Assembly: GCF_000017845.1 (NCBI RefSeq)
Contig: NC_010546.1
Location: 1,560,001-1,592,000 of the forward strand
DNA length: 32,000 bases
Reading direction: 5' to 3'
Source of the DNA: Crocosphaera subtropica ATCC 51142
GTDB taxonomy: Bacteria > Cyanobacteriota > Cyanobacteriia > Cyanobacteriales > Microcystaceae
Below are positions 16,658 through 25,024 of this stretch, piece by piece. The notes under the pieces were generated by a model. It made no database searches. It saw only the letters and a list, made by a program, of their open reading frames with translations, and was not told where the DNA came from. A program made the translations under genes and the position numbers. The number at the start of each line of letters is the position of its first letter. Position 1 is the first letter of the stretch.

Positions 16658-17791
16658 TTAAGCTGCTAATGGTAAAGTGTTATCTGCTAGAACAGTCTCA
16701 TAATACCGTTTTAATTGATGAGTGGCTGCGGCCCATCCCCATTTTTCTGCTTCTAGTCGGGCGTTGCTGCGTAACTGTTCTCGTTCCTCTGTGGCAGCAA
16801 GTAGACGTTTTGTGGCTAAAATTGCCCCATCTGGGTCTGTTGGTTCAAATAAGTAGCCATTAACTCCATCGGTAACAATATCAGGAATTCCCCCGGAATT
16901 GGCTGCTACCACAGGACAACCAGCGGCCATTGCCTCTAATAATACTAACCCTAACGTCTCGGTGGTGGAAGGGAAAACGAAAGCATCCGCCGAAGCAAAA
17001 GCAGAAGCCAATTCCAAGCCCTGTAGGTAGCCGATAAAATGGGTTTGAGTCCCTGCAAAATGAGCCTCTAACGCTTCTCGATGGGGTCCATCGCCAACAA
17101 TAGCCAAATGAGCCTCTGGGATGGCTTCTAAGATAGGTTTAATCTGATCGATTTGTTTCTCGGCCGAAACTCTGCCAACGTAGAGGAGTAAAGGCTTGTC
17201 TGGGTTTCCTCCTGATAAACGCAATCGCATTGGTTTTGAAGCTAAATGGGGTTGAAACATCTCCGTATCTACCCCTCTCTGCCAGAGATCCACCCGTTCA
17301 ATATCGTGACTTTCTAATGCTTCTACCATCGCCGTTGAGGTACAGAGGTTTAAACGAGCTTGATTATGACCTAATTTTAACAATTCCCAGAGTACCCCTT
17401 CTAAAGAACCTAAACCATAATGTTGTAAATATTGGGGTAAGTGGGTGTGATAAGAAGCCACTAAAGGAATATTCATGGTTTTAGCATAATAAATTCCTCC
17501 GACTCCCAAAACCGCAGGATTAACCACATGGATTAAATCGGGTTTAAATTTTTCTAATGCTTTACCCACTTTAGGGGTAGGAATGGCTAATTTTAACTCA
17601 GGATATAACGGGAGAGGGATGCCTTTAATGCCATGAATTTTTGCTCCTTTATGTTCTCTTAAGCCACCATCAGGGGAAAAAACTAAAACCTGATCCCCGT
17701 TACGTTGTAAATGATCAACCGTATGGCGTAAACGGGTAACAATACCATCAATTTTAGGTAAAAAAGTTTCTGTGAATAAGGCAATTCGCAT
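16658..17791 (-). CDS. sqdX: GT4 glycosyltransferase, SqdX-like (sulfoquinovosyl diacylglycerol synthase candidate)
   Basis: The N-terminus MRIALFTETFLPKIDGIVTRL and the C-terminal E..G..LLEAMAAGCPVV motif are typical of cyanobacterial SqdX/GT4 enzymes. Start ATG 17791 is preferred over 17821. Confidence 0.7.
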   Translation of the reverse strand: MRIALFTETFLPKIDGIVTRLRHTVDHLQRNGDQVLVFSPDGGLREHKGAKIHGIKGIPLPLYPELKLAIPTPKVGKALEKFKPDLIHVVNPAVLGVGGIYYAKTMNIPLVASYHTHLPQYLQHYGLGSLEGVLWELLKLGHNQARLNLCTSTAMVEALESHDIERVDLWQRGVDTEMFQPHLASKPMRLRLSGGNPDKPLLLYVGRVSAEKQIDQIKPILEAIPEAHLAIVGDGPHREALEAHFAGTQTHFIGYLQGLELASAFASADAFVFPSTTETLGLVLLEAMAAGCPVVAANSGGIPDIVTDGVNGYLFEPTDPDGAILATKRLLAATEEREQLRSNARLEAEKWGWAAATHQLKRYYETVLADNTLPLAA

Positions 17792-18162
17792 AGGATTTTC
17801 AAATTCGAGGATAACCATCAATATAGTAGGCGATCGTGGGTCATTTGAGTCAAAAAGTAACTAAGAAAGGATCTAAAATTCCCGCACCAAAAAACAATCC
17901 CTTACCAATTAAGATAAAGAAATGTAAAACCAATGCCCCGATAAATTTTGACCTCTACCGATAGGAAACCAGCAAGGGGATCGTCTTCAAACCAGCCTGA
18001 TCGTAATCCGTCATCAGGGCTTTAAAATTACCCCATTCCGACTCTGTTCCGATTCTGATTCGATGCCGATACAGTTGGCAGATAACTTGTCAAAATAAGA
18101 AGTCTCAAACCCTGATTCCCTCGTTAAAACAATCCTAACTCCGTTGCGTAGCACGACGTAGT

Positions 18163-18190
18163 CGCACTCCGAACCCCTAACACCGAACTC
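18163..18190. repeat. Tandem heptamer repeat, GAGTTCG family in inverted orientation (4 units)
   Basis: The plus strand reads CGCACTC CGAACCC CTAACAC CGAACTC. Its reverse complement is GAGTTCG GTGTTAG GGGTTCG GAGTGCG. Confidence 0.75.
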
Positions 18191-18255
18191 AGGTACTGAT
18201 GATGTCGATGAGAATACAGAAGAACACTCAGCCCTCAGCAGTGACCAATAAATTA

Positions 18256-18290
18256 AACTGATAACTGGTAACTGATAACTGATCACTGAC
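18256..18290. repeat. Tandem heptamer repeat AACTGAT (5 units) abutting the surE start codon
   Basis: AACTGAT AACTGGT AACTGAT AACTGAT CACTGAC is followed immediately by ATG 18291. Confidence 0.85.
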
Positions 18291-19121
18291 ATGACCAATC
18301 CTTCTACCATCAACATTTTAATTAGTAACGATGATGGCATATTTGCCTTGGGTGTTCGTACCCTAGCTAATACCTTAGCCCAAGCTGGTTATCAGGTCAC
18401 CGTCGTCTGTCCCGATCGCGAACGTTCAGCCACTGGCCACGGATTAACCCTGCACCGTCCGATCCGTGCTGATATTGTAGAAGACTTTTTTGATCCCAAG
18501 ATTACCGCTTGGTCTTGTTCCGGAACCCCATCAGACTGTGTTAAATTAGCCTTGAGTAGCCTCATAGAAAACCGACCTGATTTTATCGTTTCAGGGATTA
18601 ATCATGGTTCAAACTTAGGCACAGATGTATTATATTCAGGCACTGTTTCAGCAGCAATGGAAGGGATTATTGAGGGTATTCCCAGTATTGCTATGAGCTT
18701 AGCTAGTTTTTCTTCTCGTCAATTCCAACCCGGTGCTGACTTTGCTTGTGGTTTGATTCAACAATTATATGATCATCCTCTACCAGACAGTACCCTCCTC
18801 AATGTGAATATTCCTCCTGTAACAGCCGATGCGATCGCAGGAGTGATGTTAACCCGTCAAGGGTTACGTCGATATATCGAAAATTTTGAAAAACGCTTTG
18901 ATCCTAGGGGAAAAAGTTACTACTGGTTAGCAGGAGAATTAGTGACAGAAATTGAACAGCCGGATCATATCCATCTCCCTTCCCATATTCCTACGGATGT
19001 TCAAGCCATTCAGCACAATTATATAACCCTGACTCCCTTACAGTATAATCTCACGGATGTGGCTAGTTTTGAGTATTTACAAACAAATCAATGGTTAGAG
19101 AGGTCACGGGACATTAAATGA
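18291..19121 (+). CDS. surE: 5'/3'-nucleotidase SurE
   Basis: [38 protein letters not shown] motifs; 276 aa. Confidence 0.95.
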   Translation: MTNPSTINILISNDDGIFALGVRTLANTLAQAGYQVTVVCPDRERSATGHGLTLHRPIRADIVEDFFDPKITAWSCSGTPSDCVKLALSSLIENRPDFIVSGINHGSNLGTDVLYSGTVSAAMEGIIEGIPSIAMSLASFSSRQFQPGADFACGLIQQLYDHPLPDSTLLNVNIPPVTADAIAGVMLTRQGLRRYIENFEKRFDPRGKSYYWLAGELVTEIEQPDHIHLPSHIPTDVQAIQHNYITLTPLQYNLTDVASFEYLQTNQWLERSRDIK

Positions 19122-19179
19122 CTCAATCTCTGAGGACAATTTGTGATATTCTAATGCAATCGCAGTCTTATTTAAAACC

Positions 19180-19773
19180 ATGTCCTCTTTTGAATATAAT
19201 CAAGAAAGCGATTCCGAAGATATTGATCGTGTGACCCTAACAGATGAGATGGGCCGTACCCTCGATTGTTATGTAGAAAATGCCATGGAAGGTAATGACG
19301 GCACTTATTTATTATTAATGCCTGTTGATATTCCTGTGGTCATTTTATCCTGGGATAGTGAGGAGGAAGACAGTGAGGATAATGAGGAAATTAGTAATGC
19401 TGTCTTATTAGAAGATCAAGAAGAAATTGAAGAAGTTTTTCCCGATGCTAAAGCGGTTTTAGCTGAATTAGATTTAACCCTAAAATTAACTGCTTTTACT
19501 CTAACGGTGACAGGGGAATTACCCCCCATAGAAGATGATGGTATTCTCACTTTAGAATTAGAAAACGATGGACCTTCTCTAGATTCAGAAGAATTACAAT
19601 TTTTAAAAGATTTTTATCATCACGAGCAAAAATACTCTATTTATACCCCCTTATCTCCTTTACTATTTTTAGCTAAATACAATTTACTCGGTAAAGTCGA
19701 GTTAGTTTCCCCTGAAGATGAGGAAATGCAAGTTATCTTAGAAGAATTATTATTTGATGATATAGATGAGTAA
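19180..19773 (+). CDS. Highly acidic conserved hypothetical protein (DUF1292/DUF3727-like)
   Basis: 197-aa ORF rich in D/E. The VTLTDEMGRTLDCYVE...YLLLMPVD segment resembles DUF1292-type proteins of cyanobacteria. The family call is tentative. Confidence 0.75.
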   Translation: MSSFEYNQESDSEDIDRVTLTDEMGRTLDCYVENAMEGNDGTYLLLMPVDIPVVILSWDSEEEDSEDNEEISNAVLLEDQEEIEEVFPDAKAVLAELDLTLKLTAFTLTVTGELPPIEDDGILTLELENDGPSLDSEELQFLKDFYHHEQKYSIYTPLSPLLFLAKYNLLGKVELVSPEDEEMQVILEELLFDDIDE

Positions 19774-20113
19774 TTAAGCGGATTTCATATGACAATTAAA
19801 GATACAAATAATGTCCTAACTAAATTTTTGTCCTCCTATAGTTATTGGATCTTAAATTAATTTATTTTTAATTTTTTTAGGTTATGTTGTTCCATTTTAA
19901 ACCGTTTGGAACTATATTTCTATGTTTTTCTATGTTTTAACACTTTTTTCTACTTATTAAAGCTAAATTTCCCCCTAAGTCCCTAAAATTAATTCAAAAA
20001 TTCCACTTTTTTTAGGACTGACATCTACAAAAAAATCCAGTAACTTAAAAACAGTCAGCCACGAGGCAGGCAAAACGTTAACAAAACAAACATTGTCTTG
20101 GAGTATTAAGAGC

Positions 20114-20446
20114 ATGAAAAACGTACTTATTGGTTTATTAAGCTTAACCGCTTTAGGTGTCTTAACCAGTCCTGCTGTTGCTAATGAAACAGAAGTATCA
20201 GGAGATAAAGTCATCATCCAAAATTCCTATCAAGGTAGTTTCCAAGATGGGAATGGGAACCAAAGCGTTCAAGAAAGTACCCAAGTCCATCGTGAGTTTA
20301 ATGGCAGAAAACCCCGACAAACTGGTAGTTATGGTTCTGTTCAAACCATTGATCAATACCAAGAGCAAATGGGAGAAATGAATAGCTCTCGACAAACCAC
20401 CATCCAACGCACTGAAATGAGAAACCGTAAAGGATCTCGTCGCTAA
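20114..20446 (+). CDS. Small secreted Q/N-rich protein 1 (cassette member, curlin-like motif)
   Basis: ATG 20114 with GGAG 12 nt upstream. The signal peptide is MKNVLIGLLSLTALGVLTSPAVA. The 87-aa mature part has 13 Gln, no hydrophobic core and a basic tail RNRKGSRR. Confidence 0.7.
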   Translation: MKNVLIGLLSLTALGVLTSPAVANETEVSGDKVIIQNSYQGSFQDGNGNQSVQESTQVHREFNGRKPRQTGSYGSVQTIDQYQEQMGEMNSSRQTTIQRTEMRNRKGSRR

Positions 20447-20632
20447 ACTAACTCTCTTGTCTTAAACTGTGCTTAACACTAAAAAGACAGGGTGAACGAT
20501 GAGTTTGCCAATTTCTATCACAATCATCTTCTCCTGTCTCTTCTTAATTTTCTTATTTGTTTCTAGTGTAGCATAGTCCACTTCTCAACTTATTGGTTGT
20601 GTTGTATTTTTTTACCATTAGGAGGGCAAACC

Positions 20633-20965
20633 ATGCACGGGAAAGCCTTCATGCTTTTACTAGCAATTGTCATGAATTTCTCTGTTTCTGCGAGGACTCA
20701 TGCAGGGGAAGTACAAGTTCAAACGGGTAGAATGAATATCGAGCATCGTCGCAATGGTGATACCTCGATCGATACAGAAAATATGCAACTTTCTGTTCCC
20801 AATAACCGTTCCCGCTTTCAACATTATTTCCCTTACAATTCCTCAAATCAATCCACCTTGAAAGGGTGTCGTAATGGTCAGATAGTCCATCAATCTAATC
20901 AACAAATTAATTATTCTAATGGGACGAGCAGCCATCGTTCTGTATCCCATCATCAATGTCGCTAA
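20633..20965 (+). CDS. Small secreted Q/N/S-rich protein 2 (cassette member, 2 Cys)
   Basis: ATG 20633 with AGGAGG 7 nt upstream. The signal peptide is MHGKAFMLLLAIVMNFSVSARTHA. The mature part contains EVQVQTGRMNIEH..., two Cys and a His-rich tail. Confidence 0.7.
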   Translation: MHGKAFMLLLAIVMNFSVSARTHAGEVQVQTGRMNIEHRRNGDTSIDTENMQLSVPNNRSRFQHYFPYNSSNQSTLKGCRNGQIVHQSNQQINYSNGTSSHRSVSHHQCR

Positions 20966-21059
20966 ATTCGTTTTTGGTGACTAATACTTTGAATCAAATG
21001 CTTAATTAACAGCATTTGATTCATCCTAAATTTACTTAAATTGAGAGGAGTTTGATTGT

Positions 21060-21446
21060 ATGAAAGTTATCATATCTATTAGCAATTTTTTATTATTCTT
21101 TTTGATACTAGAGTCTTATTGGATAACCTCAGTAAAAGCTCAATGTGTCCAGGGAGATGTGTCGGTTCAATACAGCATTAGTGGCTCTCAAAAACCCAGT
21201 CAAAGAACCAATGATGTCACCATGAATAGTGACCCGAAATGTCGAGGAAATGCTAGTGTTAGCACAGGGGTACAAGGACATATTGGTCCGAATACGGCTG
21301 AACAAAATCGTCGTGTTGATCAGGTGCAACAAGGTAGTAATAAATATCCCCAAGTCCCCAATGGCACTACGGTACAAATTCGCTCTAATGTTCAAGTGGA
21401 TGTGGATAATCCTGCGGATCGATTTCCCCATCATCCCAAAAAGTAA
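21060..21446 (+). CDS. Small secreted Q/N/S-rich protein 3 (cassette member, 2 Cys)
   Basis: ATG 21060 with GAGGAG upstream. The signal peptide ends SVKA. The mature part contains QCVQGDVSVQYSISGSQ ... TTVQIRSNVQVDVDN. Confidence 0.7.
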   Translation: MKVIISISNFLLFFLILESYWITSVKAQCVQGDVSVQYSISGSQKPSQRTNDVTMNSDPKCRGNASVSTGVQGHIGPNTAEQNRRVDQVQQGSNKYPQVPNGTTVQIRSNVQVDVDNPADRFPHHPKK

Positions 21447-21468
21447 AGGTGTTTTATGAGGTAAAGCC

Positions 21469-21897
21469 ATGTCTTTAAAACCTTTGGCATTAGCTATTTT
21501 ATTTACCGTGATTTTATCGGGTATGGTAACAGGATTATCCGAAGAGTATGGTGCGATCGCTCAAAATTCGATCTCACGACAAAGCAGTTCTATTAACTTG
21601 AATGGGAGTGAATTGAATCAACCCCTTTGGTTACAGATTCAAGGTGTCAATGGAACTAATATTCAAGGACAAATTACAGTGAATGGACAGGTCATCAAAA
21701 CCTTACAAGGAAATAATGAGCAAGTTGATTTATCTAACTATTTAAGTCGAGGAAATTACGAAATTACAGTTCAGGGTAATTATTATCCTTCTCAGGGTTC
21801 GGTTGTCGTTGAGTTGAAAGGAAATCAAACCCAAGTCACTCAACAAACCAGTGGCAATGGATTACTCAATCAACAATTAAATATGGAGGTTAGATAA
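21469..21897 (+). CDS. Small secreted protein 4 (cassette member, more ordered beta-rich appearance)
   Basis: ATG 21469 with GAGG 7 nt upstream. The N-terminal hydrophobic leader is LALAILFTVILSGMVTGL..GAIA. The mature part contains LWLQIQGVNGTNIQGQITVNGQVIKTLQGNNEQ...YEITVQGNYYPSQGSVVVELKG. It also contains a HIP1 site (21553-21560). Confidence 0.75.
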   Translation: MSLKPLALAILFTVILSGMVTGLSEEYGAIAQNSISRQSSSINLNGSELNQPLWLQIQGVNGTNIQGQITVNGQVIKTLQGNNEQVDLSNYLSRGNYEITVQGNYYPSQGSVVVELKGNQTQVTQQTSGNGLLNQQLNMEVR

Positions 21898-21902
21898 GTT
21901 TT

Positions 21903-22190
21903 ATGGGACGAAAAATAAGTCAAATTGGATGGATTAGTATTAGTCTATTAACCTTGCTCCCCATTCCTACTGTTGCTCAAACTACCACCAGTCAAACCGG
22001 TAGTTTAGAGGCTAATATTGAAGGAGATAATAATCAAGTCTACCAAACTATTAATCAAACGATTATTAACCATCCTGGGAAGGGTTCGGTTCAACGAAAT
22101 CAAGGTAATCATCAGAAAAATCCCCAAAAAAGTTCTCGTTCTGCCTCCCATCGACATTCTCAGGATAGAGAACATCCTCGTCATCAATGA
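21903..22190 (+). CDS. Small secreted Q/N-rich protein 5 (cassette member)
   Basis: ATG 21903 lies 5 nt after the preceding stop, with GGAGG upstream. The signal peptide is WISISLLTLLPIPTVA. The mature part contains ANIEGDNNQVYQTINQTIIN followed by a basic, His-rich tail. Confidence 0.7.
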   Translation: MGRKISQIGWISISLLTLLPIPTVAQTTTSQTGSLEANIEGDNNQVYQTINQTIINHPGKGSVQRNQGNHQKNPQKSSRSASHRHSQDREHPRHQ

Positions 22191-22213
22191 TGATTAACTT
22201 AACAATTAAGGAC

Positions 22214-22241
22214 TAGGGTGAATGACTCTCACCCTATTTTT
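22214..22241 (+). terminator. Rho-independent terminator closing the five-gene cassette
   Basis: TAGGGTGA-atgactc-TCACCCTA forms an 8-bp stem, followed by TTTTTAT. It lies 24 nt after the stop at 22190. Confidence 0.8.
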
Positions 22242-22333
22242 ATGATTCAATATTACTTGCAACTATGATATAATCTTAGACAGGTAAAAAAATAAAGATT
22301 AATATATTTAATTGTGTCATTTATTGTAAACAC

Positions 22334-22361
22334 TCAGCCATCAGCTTTCAGCGTTCAGCCA
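22334..22361. repeat. Tandem heptamer repeat TCAGCNN (4 units)
   Basis: TCAGCCA TCAGCTT TCAGCGT TCAGCCA. Confidence 0.8.
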
Positions 22362-22666
22362 AGAGATACAGGCGATAAGTATTCGTTTAATTCTAAACAA
22401 GTCTCTTAATATCATCAGTTTTATAGTGGAAGATATAACCCAATCGTACTTTACTATTGCTATTCGTAAAAATCATAGTTTTGGATGTCCTGCAGATCCT
22501 GATACAGTTTCAGTGATTGACCGTTATCGCATTTACCCTGTAACACAACAAATTCTTGGGTGAAATTTTGTAAGTAATCAATATGAGTCTTATAGTCCCG
22601 AAAAAATACGTCGATGAATAATTATGTTTGACCCTAAGGAAAAACTGAGCTATTATAATTTCCGTT

Positions 22667-22960
22667 ATGAGAGTTTATTTAAAAGATGATATTTTATATA
22701 TTAATCAAGAAGATTTACCTACTTATAAAAAAGGGGGATCAATTGTCAGAAATAGTTATTTTTGGGCATTAAAATCTATTAGTTGTTATTCTAGAAAAGG
22801 AAGAGATTGGGAATTTGATGCAGTCGTTTGGATTGCATTGTGTCGTATGTTATTATCCTTTGCTCAGTCAGGATACCTAGGGGACTCAGAAACTTTGCTA
22901 GAGTTTGACACAGATACCCCCATTCCCAGGACGTTACGGTCAGTTTCTACTTGGTTATAG
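22667..22960 (+). CDS. Orphan hypothetical ORF (97 aa), doubtful
   Basis: This is the only ORF over 60 aa in the 0.9-kb spacer. It has no SD, no recognisable motif and is very AT-rich. Confidence 0.25.
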   Translation: MRVYLKDDILYINQEDLPTYKKGGSIVRNSYFWALKSISCYSRKGRDWEFDAVVWIALCRMLLSFAQSGYLGDSETLLEFDTDTPIPRTLRSVSTWL

Positions 22961-23176
22961 ACCTGAGTATCCTGACTCAATCGGAAGATTTATACAACTA
23001 ATTTAAAATTACTATCAGAGTTTTCCTCGATTTCATACAACAAAACGTTAAGTCTCTGGGATGTCAGGAAAATTTAAGTTACATTAGAACGGGAACCGAA
23101 TGAATGTGATCTCGATCAACCTTGGTTTCCAACATTGTCCATTAGAAAATAGGTCAAGTCCCATTTAATTAAAGAT

Positions 23177-24292
23177 ATGTTAAGCCGTATCCAAGAGACC
23201 ATTGGGGGTTTATTTGGGGGAAAGTCTGATGGGGTAGGTTTAGAAATTACCCCTGAGAGATTGAACTTAGCTAAACTGACTAAACATGGTCAAGGCTATA
23301 AAATAGCCAAATTTTGTACCGCAGAAGTACCTGAAGGTATTTTTGAAGAAGGAAAAATTGTTGATTCTCCAGGGTTAGCTGAACTAATTCAGGAGTTCTT
23401 AACTGAAAACAAAATCAAGACCAAACGCATTGCCACAGCGGTTCCTATGCGAGAAGCCATTATTCGTATTATACCGGTTCCGGCTGAACTAGATGAAGCG
23501 GAATTGCGAGATATGGTTTTAAACCATGAGGCTGCCTTGTACTTACCCTATCCTAGAGAAGAAGTGGATCTAGACTATCAAAAACTAGGTTTCTTTGAAG
23601 ACGAAGATGGTATTGAAAAAGTGCAAGTCTTACTGGTAGCAACCCGACGGGAAGTCACAGACTCCTATATGGATACCTTTGGTCAAGCAGGATTACAAAT
23701 CGATGTCCTAGAAATCAATAGTTTTTCTGTAATTCGTACGATTCGCGAACAACTACGGCAATTTGGGTCTAGAGAAGCAGCTGTGTTAGTGGATGTGGAG
23801 TTTGATAGTACCGAAATTGCCATTGTCGTCGATGGGGTTCCCCAATTTTCTCGAACCGTTCCCATTGGAACCTTTCAGATGCAAAATGCCCTGTCACGGG
23901 CGATGAATTTACCCCCTTCTCGCAACCCGGAAATTCTGCAAGGAATGACCATTCCTGTTACCCAGTTCGATAGCTTAACCACCCAAGGAACAGCCGTTAA
24001 TCCAGGAATGACCGCCTTGATGCGGGTATTAGGAGAATTAACCGACGAGTTACGTCGTTCCATTAACTTCTACTTAAACCAAAGTGAAGAATTGGAGGTA
24101 GTTCAACTCCTATTAGCTGGACCCGGAGGGGGTTTAGTGCAACTGGATGAATATTTTACCCATCGTCTCAGTTTGCCCACCATGCAAATCGATCCCATTG
24201 CTGCTTTATCCTTAGAAATAGATAAGGAAATCCCTGCTGTCCAACGGCCAGCTTTAGGTACAGTCTTAGGTTTAGGATTACGGGAGGTGTAG
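23177..24292 (+). CDS. pilM: Type IV pilus assembly protein PilM
   Basis: 371-aa actin-like ATPase fold protein (GLEITPERLNLAKL..., VLVDVEFDSTEIAIV) at the head of a pilMNOQ-ordered cluster. Confidence 0.9.
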   Translation: MLSRIQETIGGLFGGKSDGVGLEITPERLNLAKLTKHGQGYKIAKFCTAEVPEGIFEEGKIVDSPGLAELIQEFLTENKIKTKRIATAVPMREAIIRIIPVPAELDEAELRDMVLNHEAALYLPYPREEVDLDYQKLGFFEDEDGIEKVQVLLVATRREVTDSYMDTFGQAGLQIDVLEINSFSVIRTIREQLRQFGSREAAVLVDVEFDSTEIAIVVDGVPQFSRTVPIGTFQMQNALSRAMNLPPSRNPEILQGMTIPVTQFDSLTTQGTAVNPGMTALMRVLGELTDELRRSINFYLNQSEELEVVQLLLAGPGGGLVQLDEYFTHRLSLPTMQIDPIAALSLEIDKEIPAVQRPALGTVLGLGLREV

Positions 24293-24295
24293 TCC

Positions 24296-25024
24296 ATGTA
24301 TAGTTTAGATATTAATTTTCTTAAAGATCGTCACCTTGACACCACGACAAAAACCACCTTGATCACCCAGGCTCGTGGACCATCGTTAAAAGAGCAATTG
24401 CCTTTGATTATCGGTGGAGCAGTGATGGTAGTCTTACCTGCGATCACCGCAAGTTCTCTATTGGTGTTGAATCAGTTATCTTCCTCAACCGAACAAAGAA
24501 TCCAACAATTAGACAATCAACTAGGACAATTAAGCTCACAGAATCAAAGCATTGAAGAAATTAACGCTAAAATAGAGCAGAATGATCAAGAGATTCAATC
24601 CTTAGTCACTGTGTTTAATCAAATTCGTCCTTGGTCAGCCATTTTAAACGAACTTGAGTCCAAAATTCCTGCCAATGTTCAGGTGGGTTCCATTGCTCAG
24701 AGTGACACGGAAGTGACCCTTGGGGGTTATGCCATGAGTTACGATGATCTCAACGACTTTGTTTTAACTTTACAAAGTTCTCCCTTATTAAACGCAGAAC
24801 AAACTGTGATTACCACAGCGAGTTTAGAAGACTTTCCCATAGAAACTAACAACGCCCCTGAGAATGTGGAAGTAGAATTTCCGCAAGGGGTTAAATATAC
24901 CATTACCACCGCCATTAGCGATCGCCCCTCATCGGAGTTACTACAAGAATTTGCTCGAAGTGGTGCCATTGGTCTTGTCAACCGCATTAGAACCCTTGAA
25001 AATAAAGGAGTGCTTAAACCATGA
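24296..25024 (+). CDS. pilN: Type IV pilus assembly protein PilN
   Basis: 242 aa with the N-terminal INFLKDR motif, a single TM helix and a coiled-coil. It starts 3 nt after the pilM stop. Confidence 0.85.
   Translation: MYSLDINFLKDRHLDTTTKTTLITQARGPSLKEQLPLIIGGAVMVVLPAITASSLLVLNQLSSSTEQRIQQLDNQLGQLSSQNQSIEEINAKIEQNDQEIQSLVTVFNQIRPWSAILNELESKIPANVQVGSIAQSDTEVTLGGYAMSYDDLNDFVLTLQSSPLLNAEQTVITTASLEDFPIETNNAPENVEVEFPQGVKYTITTAISDRPSSELLQEFARSGAIGLVNRIRTLENKGVLKP

Noticed and set aside
16343-16863. Plus-strand ORFs 16343-16561 and 16606-16863, and the minus-strand ORF 11119-11373
   Set aside because: They span gene ends and AT-rich spacers, have no motifs, and overlap better-supported genes or terminator hairpins.
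17880-17970. Possible ~28-aa hydrophobic minus-strand peptide (…VLHFFILIGKGLFFGAGILDPFLVTF)
   Set aside because: Only a TTG start is available, there is no SD, and it does not match any small photosystem or b6f subunit I can recall.
18014-18340. 108-aa minus-strand ORF in the sqdX-surE spacer
   Set aside because: It is a translation of the heptamer-repeat tracts and overlaps the surE start. The periodic sequence explains the open frame.
19889-19912. Inverted repeat GTTCCA-N12-TGGAAC upstream of the cassette
   Set aside because: It could be an operator or a weak terminator of the upstream gene. A 6-bp arm in AT-rich DNA is within chance expectation, and it matches no known operator consensus (not NtcA GTA-N8-TAC, not CRP TGTGA-N6-TCACA).
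19975-20217. 80-aa minus-strand ORF, plus alternate-frame or antisense ORFs at 20178-20407, 21129-21470, 21229-21459 and 22005-22187 within the cassette
   Set aside because: The plus-strand cassette frames have SD sequences and signal peptides. These alternatives have neither.
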